Positions 28,847 to 38,428 of a stretch of DNA of 64,000 nt are shown here, piece by piece. The first letter of the stretch is position 1. Each line of letters starts with the position of its first letter. A model generated the notes under the pieces. It saw only the letters and a program-made list of their open reading frames with translations. It ran no database searches and was not told the DNA's origin. Location of the stretch: NCBI GenBank assembly GCA_964578685.1, contig CAZOEB010000004.1:1293-65292 (forward strand). The letters run 5' to 3'. The stretch comes from an uncultured Caulobacterales bacterium. Lineage in GTDB: Bacteria; Pseudomonadota; Alphaproteobacteria; Caulobacterales; Parvularculaceae. A program made the translations under genes and the position numbers.

Positions 28847-28882
28847 ACGGCCGGCCGCAATTTGCGCCGGCCGTTTTCGTTT
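28847..28882 (+). terminator. Rho-independent terminator after skp
   Basis: ACGGCCGG...CCGGCCGT forms an 8-bp GC stem, with an inner CGCA/TGCG extension, followed by TTTTCGTTT. Confidence 0.6.
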
Positions 28883-28896
28883 CTGGAAAGCCGCCA

Positions 28897-29898
28897 ATGC
28901 CTGACAGCCGCTTCTTCTTGACGCTTGGGCCCTTGCCGTTCAGCGAGGCGTTGGCGATCGCCGGAGTCGCCGGAGACATGGCGTCAGGTCCTCCCATCGA
29001 GCGCGCCGCCGGCGCCGAAGAGGAAAACCTCAGCGGCGCGGTGACTTTCGTCGAAAGCGCGGACCGGATCGGAGATGTTCTGTCGCGCCGTCCGGCGCTC
29101 GTGTTCGCCAATGCTGCAACGGCGACCCCGGTTGTCGGCGTCAGCAATCCGAGGGCGGCTTTCGCAGCGATCGCGCGTGCGCTCCACCGGGAGCGAACAG
29201 CCGCGGATGTCGGGCCGGCGACGCGGATTGGAAACGGCGCCGACATTCATCCGACGGCGGTCATTTCTCCTGGTGCGGACGTTGGGGTCGGCGCGCGCAT
29301 TGGCGCGTTCGCCGTGATTGGGCCCGGCGTCGTCATCGGCGAGCGGACCGTCGTCGAGGAGAACGCCTGCGTGCGATGCGCGCTCATCGGCGCTTCGGCG
29401 CGCATTGGTCCCGGCGCCGTCATCGGCGCGCCTGGGTTCGGGTTCGCCCCGGAATCCGGCGGCGTCGTCCGGGTGCCGCAGCTGGGCCGCGTCATCCTCG
29501 GCGACCGGGTCGAAATCGGCGCCAACACGACCGTCGACCGCGGGGCGATCGGCGACACGGTGATTGGAGCTGGCACGAAGATCGATAATCTTGTCCAGAT
29601 CGCGCATAATGTCCGTATCGGGCGGGATTGCCTTATCGCCTCGCAAGTCGGCATCGCCGGATCGACCGTCGTCGGCGACCGTGTGATGTTCGGCGGTCAG
29701 GCGGGGATTGCCGATCACCTGACAATCGGCGATGACGCGCGGATCGCCGCCCGGGCCGGCCTGATGCGGGACGTGCCGCCCGGCGAGACTTGGGGCGGGG
29801 CGCCCGCCCAGCCGATCCGACTGTGGCTCAAGGAAACAGCCATGCTCGCCCGGATAGTTCGCGGGGATAAAAAGCCGGGCGAGAGAAAGAAAGACTGA
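28897..29898 (+). CDS. lpxD: UDP-3-O-acylglucosamine N-acyltransferase
   Basis: 333 aa with left-handed beta-helix hexapeptide repeats ([13 protein letters not shown]..., [18 protein letters not shown]). Conserved position upstream of fabZ-lpxA. Confidence 0.9.
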   Translation: MPDSRFFLTLGPLPFSEALAIAGVAGDMASGPPIERAAGAEEENLSGAVTFVESADRIGDVLSRRPALVFANAATATPVVGVSNPRAAFAAIARALHRERTAADVGPATRIGNGADIHPTAVISPGADVGVGARIGAFAVIGPGVVIGERTVVEENACVRCALIGASARIGPGAVIGAPGFGFAPESGGVVRVPQLGRVILGDRVEIGANTTVDRGAIGDTVIGAGTKIDNLVQIAHNVRIGRDCLIASQVGIAGSTVVGDRVMFGGQAGIADHLTIGDDARIAARAGLMRDVPPGETWGGAPAQPIRLWLKETAMLARIVRGDKKPGERKKD

Positions 29899-30359
29899 TG
29901 CCGATCGAGCCTGGAAAGACCGTCCTTGATGTCGACGACCTGATGAAGGTTCTCCCGCATCGCTATCCGATGCTGATGATCGATCGGCTTGTGGACATCA
30001 AGCCGGGCGAGAGCGCGGTCGCCATCAAGAACGTGTCCATCAACGAACCTTACTTCGAAGGCCACTTTCCGCAGAAGCCCGTCATGCCGGGCGTCTTGAT
30101 GATCGAGGCGATGGCCCAGGCGGCCGCCGCCTTTACATCGTACACGGAAAATCTTGATACCGACGGCAAGATCGTGCTGTTCATGGGCGTCGACAAGGCG
30201 CGCTTTCGAAAGCCTGTGACGCCGGGCGACCAGGTGCTCATCGCAGTAAAGACGATCCAGCGCCGGCCGCCGGTGTGGCGGTTCGAAGGCGAAGCGACGG
30301 TGAACGGCAAGGTCGTCGCCGAGGCCACATTTGCGGCGATGCTCGCAACCATGGCGTGA
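29898..30359 (+). CDS. fabZ: 3-hydroxyacyl-ACP dehydratase
   Basis: 153 aa with LPHRYPMLMIDR and YFEGHFPQKPVMPGVLMIEAMAQ. Confidence 0.95.
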   Translation: MPIEPGKTVLDVDDLMKVLPHRYPMLMIDRLVDIKPGESAVAIKNVSINEPYFEGHFPQKPVMPGVLMIEAMAQAAAAFTSYTENLDTDGKIVLFMGVDKARFRKPVTPGDQVLIAVKTIQRRPPVWRFEGEATVNGKVVAEATFAAMLATMA

Positions 30360-30368
30360 CGAAGATCC

Positions 30369-31184
30369 ATGCCGATACATCCGACTGCGATCGTCGAAAG
30401 TGGGGCGCAAATCGCGCCCGGCGCCGTCATCGGCCCATGGTGCCGCGTCTCCGCGAAGGCGGCGATCGGCGAGGGGGCGGAGCTCCGGGCGAATGTCGTC
30501 ATCGAGGGGCGCACCGAGATCGGCGCCCGCACGATCATTCATCCGTTCGCCGTGCTTGGCGGCCCGCCGCAGCATTTAGGATACAAGGGTGAAGACACAG
30601 CGCTGAAAATCGGCGCCGACTGCGTCATTCGCGAACATTCGACCGCCAATCTCGGAACGGCGCAAGGCCGCGGCGTCACGGTGATCGGCGACAAATGCTT
30701 CCTCATGACGGGCGCGCATGTGGCCCATGATTGCGTTGTCGGATCAAACGTCATTTTTGCGAATAACGCGACGCTCGGCGGCCACGTCGTGGTTGAGGAT
30801 TTCGTATTTCTCGGAGGTCTTTGCGCCATTCACCAGTTCAGCCGCATCGGCGCTTACGCGTTCATCGGCGGCTGCGCGGCGGTGACGGCGGATGTGATCC
30901 CCTACGGCTCGGCGGTCGGGAATCACGCCGAGCTTGTCAGCCTAAATCTCGTCGGGCTGAAGCGGCGCGGAATGTCGCGCGCCGCCATTCACGATCTGCG
31001 CGGCGCCTACAAGGCGCTGTTCGCGAATGAAGGCACTTTTGAGGAACGCATCGACGACGTCGAAAGGCGATACGCGGCCAGCAGCGAAGTCATGCGGGTC
31101 ATCAAATTCATCAGGGAAGACACGCGGCGCCCTTTGATGGCGCCGCCGCGGCGGTCATGGCGCGCTGGCGAAAACTTGGAGTGA
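30369..31184 (+). CDS. lpxA: acyl-ACP:UDP-GlcNAc O-acyltransferase
   Basis: 271 aa with IHPTAIVESGAQI and hexapeptide repeats, followed by the C-terminal helical domain (LVGLKRRGMS). Confidence 0.9.
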   Translation: MPIHPTAIVESGAQIAPGAVIGPWCRVSAKAAIGEGAELRANVVIEGRTEIGARTIIHPFAVLGGPPQHLGYKGEDTALKIGADCVIREHSTANLGTAQGRGVTVIGDKCFLMTGAHVAHDCVVGSNVIFANNATLGGHVVVEDFVFLGGLCAIHQFSRIGAYAFIGGCAAVTADVIPYGSAVGNHAELVSLNLVGLKRRGMSRAAIHDLRGAYKALFANEGTFEERIDDVERRYAASSEVMRVIKFIREDTRRPLMAPPRRSWRAGENLE

Positions 31185-31993
31185 TCGCCGGCGCCGGCGC
31201 GCTCCCGCGCCTGCTCGCCGAAGCGGCGGGGAACGCGTTTGTCGTGCGCCTTGCCGGCGTCACGGACGAGACTTACCCGCCGCACGCCTCCGCAGAGTGC
31301 GGCATCGCCGAGGCGGGCAAAATCCTCCGGGTGCTCCAGGAAGCCGGGTGCGACGCCGTCACGCTCGCCGGCGTCGTTCGCCGTCCTGACTTCTCGAAAC
31401 TGAAGCCCGACTGGCGCGGCGCCGCCTTGCTGCCGCGCGTCATCGCAGCGGCGGCTAAAGGCGACGGCGCGCTTCTCAATGTGCTCGTCGAAACGCTTGA
31501 GGCCGAAGGTTTTCTGGTGGTCGGCGCGGAGGAGGTGCTGGCGGCGCTCGCTGCGCCGGCAGGTCCCTTGGGAATGATCGCGCCGGCGTCCGGCTGCTGG
31601 CCTGACATCAAGAAGGCCGCAGCCATCGTCGCAGCGCTTGGTCCATTCGACGTCGGTCAGGCGGCCGTCGTCGCATCCGGGTTCACGCTTGCGATCGAAG
31701 CGGCCGAAGGCACGGACGGCGTGCTCGCCCGATGCGCGGCGCTCCCAGCATCCGCACGCGGCGGAGAAGGCCCAAACGGCGTGCTCGTCAAGCGCCCGAA
31801 GCCGGGCCAGGAGCGCCGCGTCGATCTGCCGACCATCGGCGTTGAGACGCTGAGGGGCGTTCATGCCGCAGGTCTTGCGGGCGTCGCCGTCGAGGCGGCG
31901 GCGACGCTCGTCATCGACATCGACGCCGTCCGACGCGAAGCGGACCGTCTCGGTCTCTTCGTTTACGGCTTCACGCCCGCTGAACTGAAATGA
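31157..31993 (+). CDS. lpxI: UDP-2,3-diacylglucosamine pyrophosphatase LpxI (DUF1009)
   Basis: 278 aa. KLGVIAGAGALP at the N-terminus and DLPTIGVETL near the C-terminus. It sits between lpxA and lpxB, as does the Caulobacter LpxI that replaces LpxH. Confidence 0.8.
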   Translation: MARWRKLGVIAGAGALPRLLAEAAGNAFVVRLAGVTDETYPPHASAECGIAEAGKILRVLQEAGCDAVTLAGVVRRPDFSKLKPDWRGAALLPRVIAAAAKGDGALLNVLVETLEAEGFLVVGAEEVLAALAAPAGPLGMIAPASGCWPDIKKAAAIVAALGPFDVGQAAVVASGFTLAIEAAEGTDGVLARCAALPASARGGEGPNGVLVKRPKPGQERRVDLPTIGVETLRGVHAAGLAGVAVEAAATLVIDIDAVRREADRLGLFVYGFTPAELK

Positions 31994-33195
31994 ACCCGCC
32001 GAAGATTCTTCTGACCGCCGTGGAGCCGTCCGGCGACTCGATCGGCGCGGGTCTCATGGCGTCAATAAGGGCGCGCAAGCCGGAGACAGAATTCATCGGC
32101 TGCGGCGGCGCAGCGATGACGAGCGCAGGGCTCGAAAGCCTCTTCGATATCGCTCCGCTGTCCGTCATCGGTCTCGGCGACGTGCTGCGCGCAGCGCCAG
32201 CCGCCTTCAAGTGCGCTGACATGCTCGCCGAGGCGGTGGTGCGTGAGAAACCTGACGTTGCGGTTCTGATCGATGGCTGGGCTTTCGCCCGGCTGGTCGC
32301 CATGCGGCTGAAGAAAATCGCTCCGGAGACGATGCTGCTGAAACTCGCCGCGCCGCAGGTCTGGGCGTCCCGGCCCGGCCGCGTGAAGTTCGTCAAATCT
32401 CATTTCGACGCTGTGCTGTGCCTGCTGCCGTTTGAGCCGCCCTATTTCCATGCCGCCGGCGTCAGGGCCGAGTTCATCGGCAACCCGAATTTTCAAGCGG
32501 CCTGGCGCGCGCGCGGCGACGGAGCCGCGTTCCGCGCGCGTCACCGGTTGGGCGATGCGCCGCTTCTCGCCGTGATGCTCGGCAGCCGCAAGACGGAGGT
32601 GCGGCGGCTGTCAGGACCGTTCGGGGAGGCCGTCGAAATGCTCGCCGATCGCATTCCGGGCTTGCGCGTCGTTTCCGCCGTTGCGCCGAGCGTCGATCGT
32701 CTGGCGCGCGCAAGACTTTCTACATTCGCCGGCGATCCGGTCATCGTCGGCGCCGAAGAGAAGAACGACGCCATGGCCGCGGCCAATGTGGGGCTGACGG
32801 CGTCGGGCACGGCGTCGACCGAGCTTGCGATCAACCGCACGCCGATGGTCGTCGGGTACCGGCTCGACCCGGTCACGGCCATCTGGGCGCGGGCGGTGCT
32901 GAAAACGCCTTATGTGTCGATCATCAACGTCGCCGGCGGCCGCTTCGTCATTCCGGAGCTGCTGCAGGAAGACTGCAACGGTCCGAGCCTTGCGGGCGCG
33001 TTGCTGCAACTCTTCAATAATCCTGAGATTTATGTCGAGCAGGCCTCCGCCTTCGACACGATCCTGAAATCGCTGGCGGTCGACGCCGCCCCCGCTGCTG
33101 ACATTGCGGCCGACAAGATTCTCGAATGGTCGGCCCTCGGCAAGGAGCGCCTCAGGGCGTCTTCTCGCCGTCTTTCCAGCGGCCCTGCTTTTTGA
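31990..33195 (+). CDS. lpxB: lipid-A-disaccharide synthase
   Basis: 401 aa with LTAVEPSGDSIGAGLM and ASGTASTELA. Its start overlaps the lpxI stop (ATGA). Confidence 0.9.
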   Translation: MNPPKILLTAVEPSGDSIGAGLMASIRARKPETEFIGCGGAAMTSAGLESLFDIAPLSVIGLGDVLRAAPAAFKCADMLAEAVVREKPDVAVLIDGWAFARLVAMRLKKIAPETMLLKLAAPQVWASRPGRVKFVKSHFDAVLCLLPFEPPYFHAAGVRAEFIGNPNFQAAWRARGDGAAFRARHRLGDAPLLAVMLGSRKTEVRRLSGPFGEAVEMLADRIPGLRVVSAVAPSVDRLARARLSTFAGDPVIVGAEEKNDAMAAANVGLTASGTASTELAINRTPMVVGYRLDPVTAIWARAVLKTPYVSIINVAGGRFVIPELLQEDCNGPSLAGALLQLFNNPEIYVEQASAFDTILKSLAVDAAPAADIAADKILEWSALGKERLRASSRRLSSGPAF

Positions 33196-33604
33196 GGGCG
33201 TCGGCGACTTCCCTCGGCATGTAGTTTTCGTCGTGCTTGGCGAGCACTTCGCTGGCGACGACGACGCCCTCAGGGTTGAGCCGGCCCTGCACGACGACGC
33301 CTTGTCCTTCTCTGAACAGGTCGGGAAGCACGCCGCGATAGGTCACCGGCGTCGTCGCGAATTCATCGCTGATCGTGAAGTTGACCGTCGCATCGCCGCC
33401 CTCCGCAAACTTGACGCTTCCTGTCGCGACAAGCCCGCCAAGCCGCAGGAGGCCCGCCGGTTTTTTCGCGAGTTTGGCGAGATCGGACGGCGTATAGAAA
33501 TAGGCGACGCTTTGCTTCAGCGCCGTGAGGACCAGCAGCGTCGCGATCGACGTGACGCCGAGCAGCGCTCCGATCAGCAAGATGCGCCGGCTTCGCTTCG
33601 TCAT
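33152..33604 (-). CDS. ccmE: cytochrome c-type biogenesis heme chaperone CcmE
   Basis: 150 aa with an N-terminal TM anchor, an OB-fold and the LAKHDENYMP heme-binding H-x-x-x-Y motif. Confidence 0.9.
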   Translation of the reverse strand: MTKRSRRILLIGALLGVTSIATLLVLTALKQSVAYFYTPSDLAKLAKKPAGLLRLGGLVATGSVKFAEGGDATVNFTISDEFATTPVTYRGVLPDLFREGQGVVVQGRLNPEGVVVASEVLAKHDENYMPREVADALKKQGRWKDGEKTP

Positions 33605-34338
33605 GCGACCTTGACCTCGGACGGAGCGCGCGCCGCCGCCTCAAGCCGGGCGATGCGGCGTTCGGCGAGTTCTGCGCGCATAGAGATGAAAAGTAGAGCA
33701 GTGAAGATCAGCGTATAAGCGAGGCCCATCAGCAGGAGCGGCGTCAGCATGGAGGAGTGTATGCTGGGCCCGTCGGCGCGGAAGACGCTCGCCGGCTGAT
33801 GGAGGCTGTTCCACCAGTCGACGGAAAACTTGATGATCGGGACGTTGATGAAGCCGACGATGCAGATGATGGCGGCGATACGCGCGGCGCGACTTTTGTC
33901 CTCAAAAGCCGACCATGCCGCCATGTAACCGAGATACATGAAGAAGAGGATGAGGACGGACGTCAGCCGCGCATCCCACGCCCACCACGTGCCCCACATC
34001 GGCTTGCCCCAGAGCGAACCGGTGACGAGGGCGAGAAAGGTGAAAGAGGCGCCGATCGGCGCAGTCGCTTTCGCCGCGACGTCGGCCAGCGGGTGCTTCC
34101 AGATGAAACCGACGACGGAGGCGACCGCCATGGACGAGTAGCACATCAACGCCATCCACGCCGCCGGCACATGGACATACATGATGCGGACGCTCTCCCC
34201 CTGCTGATAGTCCGCAGGCGAACCAAACAGCGCGAGATAAAGACCCGCAACCAGCAGCAGGAGCGCGCCCGCGGCTGCGATCGGCGTCGCGGCGCGGGCG
34301 AAGCGGTCGAACCGGTCGGGATTGGCGAGATCGTACAT
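33601..34338 (-). CDS. ccmC: heme exporter protein CcmC
   Basis: 245 aa with the WWD motif LWGKPMWGTWWAWDARLTS. Confidence 0.9.
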   Translation of the reverse strand: MYDLANPDRFDRFARAATPIAAAGALLLLVAGLYLALFGSPADYQQGESVRIMYVHVPAAWMALMCYSSMAVASVVGFIWKHPLADVAAKATAPIGASFTFLALVTGSLWGKPMWGTWWAWDARLTSVLILFFMYLGYMAAWSAFEDKSRAARIAAIICIVGFINVPIIKFSVDWWNSLHQPASVFRADGPSIHSSMLTPLLLMGLAYTLIFTALLFISMRAELAERRIARLEAAARAPSEVKVA

Positions 34339-34352
34339 GGTTCAATCTGGGC

Positions 34353-35021
34353 TCAATCGGTGTTGAACCGGATCGCCGCCGCGGCGGCAAGGGGCGCAAA
34401 GACGCAGGCGAAGAGGCTGATCGCCGCGAGAATCATGAGCGCGGGCGTAAATTGCGGATCGCCTTCCGCTCCCGCCTGCGCGGCGCCGACGCCGAAGATG
34501 ACGACCGGCGTCATCAGGGGAACAGTCAGAACGACCATCAGGATCGAGGCGCGGCGAAGCGCCAGCGTCAGCGCTGAGGCGAGCGCCCCCAGCATCGATA
34601 GCGCCGGCGTCCCGACCAGCAGGGAAAGCACAAGGGGCCCGTAGGCTTCACCGGGGAGGTTGAGAAGAAGCGCGAGGACCGGCGCAGCCGCCGCCAGCGG
34701 CAAAAGGGTCGAAAGCCAGTGGGCGAGCGCCTTGGCGATGACGGTCAGCGCCAGAGGGTCGGCGGACTCGATCAGCACGTCAAGGGAACCGTCTTCGTAA
34801 TCGTCCTGGAACAGGCGATCGAAGGAGAGCATCGCCGCGAGCGACGCGGCGGTCCAGAGCACGGGCGACGCGATCTTCGCGAGCTGTTCGCGGTCGGGGC
34901 CGCTGGCGAGCGCGAAGATCACGATCGTCAGGGCAAAGAACATCACCGCCTGAACTGCGCCGCCGCCTGCGCGAAAAGCGAGCGTCACGTCGCGCGCGAC
35001 GATGGCGCCAAAACCCCTCAC
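34353..35021 (-). CDS. ccmB: heme exporter membrane protein CcmB
   Basis: 222 aa, six hydrophobic segments, contains FRAGGG. Sits between ccmA and ccmC. Confidence 0.85.
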   Translation of the reverse strand: MRGFGAIVARDVTLAFRAGGGAVQAVMFFALTIVIFALASGPDREQLAKIASPVLWTAASLAAMLSFDRLFQDDYEDGSLDVLIESADPLALTVIAKALAHWLSTLLPLAAAAPVLALLLNLPGEAYGPLVLSLLVGTPALSMLGALASALTLALRRASILMVVLTVPLMTPVVIFGVGAAQAGAEGDPQFTPALMILAAISLFACVFAPLAAAAAIRFNTD

Positions 35022-35641
35022 GCCGCCTCCGACAGGGTGATGACGCGCGCGCCATTGAGGGGCAGCGGCTCATGCGTCGCGATCACGGCGGCGCCGCCGG
35101 CGGCGGCATGGGCCTCAATGAGCGCGAGAATGCGCAAGACGCTCGCCGCATCCATGCCCGCGGAAGGTTCGTCAAAGAGCCAGAGCCGGCGCCCCGACAC
35201 GAGCGGTCTGCACAGCGCGACGCGCCGCCGTTGTCCCTGCGAGAGGGTTGAGGCCCGCTGCCGGAGGAAGGCGCCGATTTCCAGCGCCGCGACAGCACGC
35301 GCGCAGCGCGCTTCGTCGGCCCCATAGAGATCTCGCCAGAAACGAAGATTCTCTTCGGCGGTAAGGTTGCCCTTCACCGCGTCGGCATGGCTGACGAGCG
35401 TTGAAGCCTCGGCCAGATCGCCGCCTGCTCCTTCAAGAACGATCGTCCCGCTTTCGGGTTTCAGCCGCCCGGCGAGCGCCCGCAAAAGCGTCGACTTGCC
35501 GGCGCCGTTCGGACCGCGGAGCAGGAAGACGTCGCCGGGGCCGACGGTGATCGAAGCCCCCGCAAAAACGGTCCGGCCGCCGCGCCGCGCGGCGAGGCCG
35601 ACAGCGTTCAGCCGAAAGGATGATCTATCCCCGTCGGTCAT
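35018..35641 (-). CDS. ccmA: heme exporter ATP-binding protein CcmA
   Basis: Has Walker A GPNGAGKSTLL, LSQGQRRRVAL and Walker B LWLFDEP. I prefer the ATG at 35641; the tracked ORF starts at a TTG at 35662. Confidence 0.85.
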   Translation of the reverse strand: MTDGDRSSFRLNAVGLAARRGGRTVFAGASITVGPGDVFLLRGPNGAGKSTLLRALAGRLKPESGTIVLEGAGGDLAEASTLVSHADAVKGNLTAEENLRFWRDLYGADEARCARAVAALEIGAFLRQRASTLSQGQRRRVALCRPLVSGRRLWLFDEPSAGMDAASVLRILALIEAHAAAGGAAVIATHEPLPLNGARVITLSEAA

Positions 35642-35789
35642 GACGCTTTTCGAGGTCGGCAAGACGGCGCCGGGCCCGCCGCAACCGAACGATGATGCAG
35701 CCCGTCAACGCAGCGAGCGTGACCGCCGAGATGGCGTAGGCGGGCCAGACATAGGCCCCGTAGCCGCCGAGGGAAATCAGGTCCGCCAT
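35625..35789 (-). CDS. ccmD: heme exporter protein D (CcmD), 54 aa; not in the ORF track
   Basis: My own translation gives MADLISLGGYGAYVWPAYAISAVTLAALTGCIIVRLRRARRRLADLEKRHDRRG. The GGY..YVW..Y motif plus a single TM helix and a basic tail matches CcmD (compare E. coli ...MGGYAFFVW...). Its 3' end overlaps the ccmA start. Confidence 0.75.
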   Translation of the reverse strand: MADLISLGGYGAYVWPAYAISAVTLAALTGCIIVRLRRARRRLADLEKRHDRRG

Positions 35790-35924
35790 ATCTCGCCTAC
35801 GCCGGCGACGCCCCTTGCCCCGCCGGGTCTGGAAAGACCACAGGTCGGGCGCTCCGGGAAGGGGACCCGGATGGGGCGATTGGGCCTATCGCGCGACCGC
35901 CCGATCCTCCCTAAAAGCCCTGCC

Positions 35925-37883
35925 ATGACTGCTGAAATCGGCCAGATCCTCCTCGTTCTCGCCCTCGTCGCGGCGGCCTATCAGGGCCTGTTTCCCCTTG
36001 CGGGGGCTGAGACCGGCGACCGGGCGCTGATGCGGACCGGGCGCACGGCCGCGCTGGTGCAGCTCCTGCTCGTCGCCGCGGCCTTCGCCGCGCTGACCGT
36101 TGCGCACGCCAATTCCGATTTCTCCGTGCGCAACGTCGTTGAAAACTCCCATACGGCGAAGCCCTTCATCTACAAGCTGACCGGGGTCTGGGGAAACCAT
36201 GAGGGCTCGATGCTGCTCTGGTCCCTGATTCTTGCCGGCTATGGCGGGGCGCTCGCTATTTTCGGCCGGGTGGGCGCTCTGACATCGCGCGCGCTCGCCG
36301 TGCAGGGGCTGATCGCCGCCGCGTTTCTGGGTTTCATCATTTTCACGTCGAACCCTTTCGCGCGGGTCTTTCCGGCGCCGCCGGACGGACAGGATCTCAA
36401 TCCGCTGCTGCAGGACCCCGGGCTCATCATCCACCCGCCGTTTCTCTACCTCGGCTATGTCGGCTTTTCGATCGCCTTCGCGTTCGCCGTCGCCGGACTG
36501 ATCAGTGGGCGGATCGATGAAGAATGGGCGCGCGCGACGCGGCCGTGGGCGCTCGCAGCTTGGACTTTCCTGACGATCGGCATCGCGCTCGGCAGCTGGT
36601 GGGCCTATTACGAACTCGGCTGGGGCGGCTTCTGGGCGTGGGACCCGGTCGAGAACGCCTCCTTCATGCCGTGGCTCGCCGGGACGGCGCTCATCCATTC
36701 GATCCGCGTTCTTGAGGTGCGCGGCGCCTTCAAGGCGTGGACGGTGCTGCTTGCGGTTCTCGCCTTTTCGCTCAGCCTTGTCGGCACCTTCCTTGTGCGG
36801 TCGGGGATTTTGACCTCGGTGCACGCGTTCGCGACCGATCCCGCGCGCGGCATGTTCATCCTGTTGATTCTCGTCGTGTTCATCGGCGGGGCGCTGGCGC
36901 TGTTCGCCTTGCGCGGTCCGGCGCTCACATCCGACGCGGCGTTCGGCGCCGTCAGCCGCGAAGGCGGCCTCCTCGTCAACAACGTCATCATGACGGCGGC
37001 GACGGCGACGGTCTTCGTCGGCACCTTCTATCCGCTTTTCGTCGACGTTCTGTCCGGCGAAAAGCTTTCGGTCGGCGCGCCGTACTTCAACCTCGTCTTC
37101 CTGCCGTTCATGGCGGTCGCGCTGCTCATCATCGCGCCCGCGTCCGCGCTTGCGTGGAAGCGCGGCTCCATCGGCGCAGCGCTCCGGCGCGTGGCGCCCG
37201 CCGCGCTCGCGGGGGCGGGGGCCGTCATCGTCGCGCTGTGGCTCGCCGCGCCGCGAAACCTCGCCGCGGCGGCAGGCGCAGGTCTCGCCGTTTGGGCCGG
37301 CGCCGGTTCCATCATTGAATTTGCAAAGCGCATCCGCCTCTTTGAAAAACACGCCGCCGCGCGCGCAGCCGCGCTGCCGAAGAGCTATATCGCCATGACG
37401 ATCGCCCATATCGGGTTCGCCGTCGTAGCGATCGGCGTTCTCGGGGCCGGCGTCTGGAAGAGCGAGACGATCGTCTATGCGCGCGAAGGCGACATCGTCA
37501 GCGTCGGCGGATTTCAGGCGCGCCTTGACTCCGTCCGGGAAGTCGAAGGCCCCAATTATATCGCGGAACGTGCGACATTTTCGGTGACGAGAAACGGCGC
37601 CGCCCTTCCGGCCATGACAGCGGAGCGCCGGCTCTATCCCGTGCGCGGCATGCAGACGACGGAAGCGGCGATCGCAACAGACCTCGCCGGCGATCTCTAT
37701 CTGACGGTCGGCGAGTTCAACCCGGAACGCGGCTGGGTCGTGCGCGCCTGGCGCCACCCCCTGACGATCTGGATGTGGATCGGCGCTGGCCTCATTGCGC
37801 TCGGCGGCGTCGCGGGACTCGGCGTATTTGAGCGGCGGCGACAGCGCGCGCAGCTCGCGGCAACGGAAGCTGCGCCCGCATGA
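35925..37883 (+). CDS. ccmF: cytochrome c heme lyase subunit CcmF
   Basis: Starts MTAEIGQILLVLALVAAAYQ and contains WGNHEGSMLLW plus the WWD motif WGGFWAWDPVENAS. The tracked ORF start (35367) is a spurious upstream extension. Confidence 0.9.
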   Translation: MTAEIGQILLVLALVAAAYQGLFPLAGAETGDRALMRTGRTAALVQLLLVAAAFAALTVAHANSDFSVRNVVENSHTAKPFIYKLTGVWGNHEGSMLLWSLILAGYGGALAIFGRVGALTSRALAVQGLIAAAFLGFIIFTSNPFARVFPAPPDGQDLNPLLQDPGLIIHPPFLYLGYVGFSIAFAFAVAGLISGRIDEEWARATRPWALAAWTFLTIGIALGSWWAYYELGWGGFWAWDPVENASFMPWLAGTALIHSIRVLEVRGAFKAWTVLLAVLAFSLSLVGTFLVRSGILTSVHAFATDPARGMFILLILVVFIGGALALFALRGPALTSDAAFGAVSREGGLLVNNVIMTAATATVFVGTFYPLFVDVLSGEKLSVGAPYFNLVFLPFMAVALLIIAPASALAWKRGSIGAALRRVAPAALAGAGAVIVALWLAAPRNLAAAAGAGLAVWAGAGSIIEFAKRIRLFEKHAAARAAALPKSYIAMTIAHIGFAVVAIGVLGAGVWKSETIVYAREGDIVSVGGFQARLDSVREVEGPNYIAERATFSVTRNGAALPAMTAERRLYPVRGMQTTEAAIATDLAGDLYLTVGEFNPERGWVVRAWRHPLTIWMWIGAGLIALGGVAGLGVFERRRQRAQLAATEAAPA

Positions 37884-38428
37884 TGCGTTACGTCTTCCTT
37901 CTGCCCGTCGCTGCGTTTGCAGCGTTGGCGCTGTGGTTTGCCGCAGGGCTCGGCCGCGATCCGGGTTACATTCCCTCGATGCTGATCGACCGCCCGGCGC
38001 CGCAGTTCTCGCTGCCGCCGATCGCCGGCCGCGATCGCGGGTTTTCATCGCAAGACCTCAAGGGCGAGGTGTCGATGGTCAATATTTTCGGCTCCTGGTG
38101 CGCGACCTGCGAGATCGAGCATCCTGTCCTCATGGAAATCGCGCGCGAGGGCGTTGCGCCGATTTACGGGCTCAACTGGAAGGACAAGCCGGGCGCCGGC
38201 GGTGCTTGGCTTGCCGAGCGCGGCGATCCCTTCAAGGCGATCGGGGATGACGCCGACGGGCGTGTCGCCGTCGATTTCGGCGTCACCGGCGCCCCGGAAA
38301 CCTTCATCATCGACGCCGAGGGCAGGGTGCGTCACAAGCATGTCGGCGAGATCACGCGCGATGACTGGCGCCGGGTGCTGAAGCCCATGATCGAGGATCT
38401 GAAGACCAATGCGCCGCCTGCTGATTAG
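37880..38428 (+). CDS. ccmG: thiol:disulfide oxidoreductase CcmG/DsbE
   Basis: 182 aa with an N-terminal anchor, the thioredoxin motif WCATC and GVTGAPETF. Confidence 0.9.
   Translation: MMRYVFLLPVAAFAALALWFAAGLGRDPGYIPSMLIDRPAPQFSLPPIAGRDRGFSSQDLKGEVSMVNIFGSWCATCEIEHPVLMEIAREGVAPIYGLNWKDKPGAGGAWLAERGDPFKAIGDDADGRVAVDFGVTGAPETFIIDAEGRVRHKHVGEITRDDWRRVLKPMIEDLKTNAPPAD

Noticed and set aside
35886-38048. 720-aa minus-strand ORF antisense to ccmF/ccmG. Similar long antisense ORFs occur at 50446-53064, 48404-50083, 15114-16703, 38672-39790, 22856-24022 and 61945-62940.
   Set aside because: The translations are Arg/Ala/Gly/Pro-rich low-complexity sequences typical of stop-codon-poor antisense frames in high-GC DNA. 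Each lies opposite a gene with unmistakable conserved motifs.
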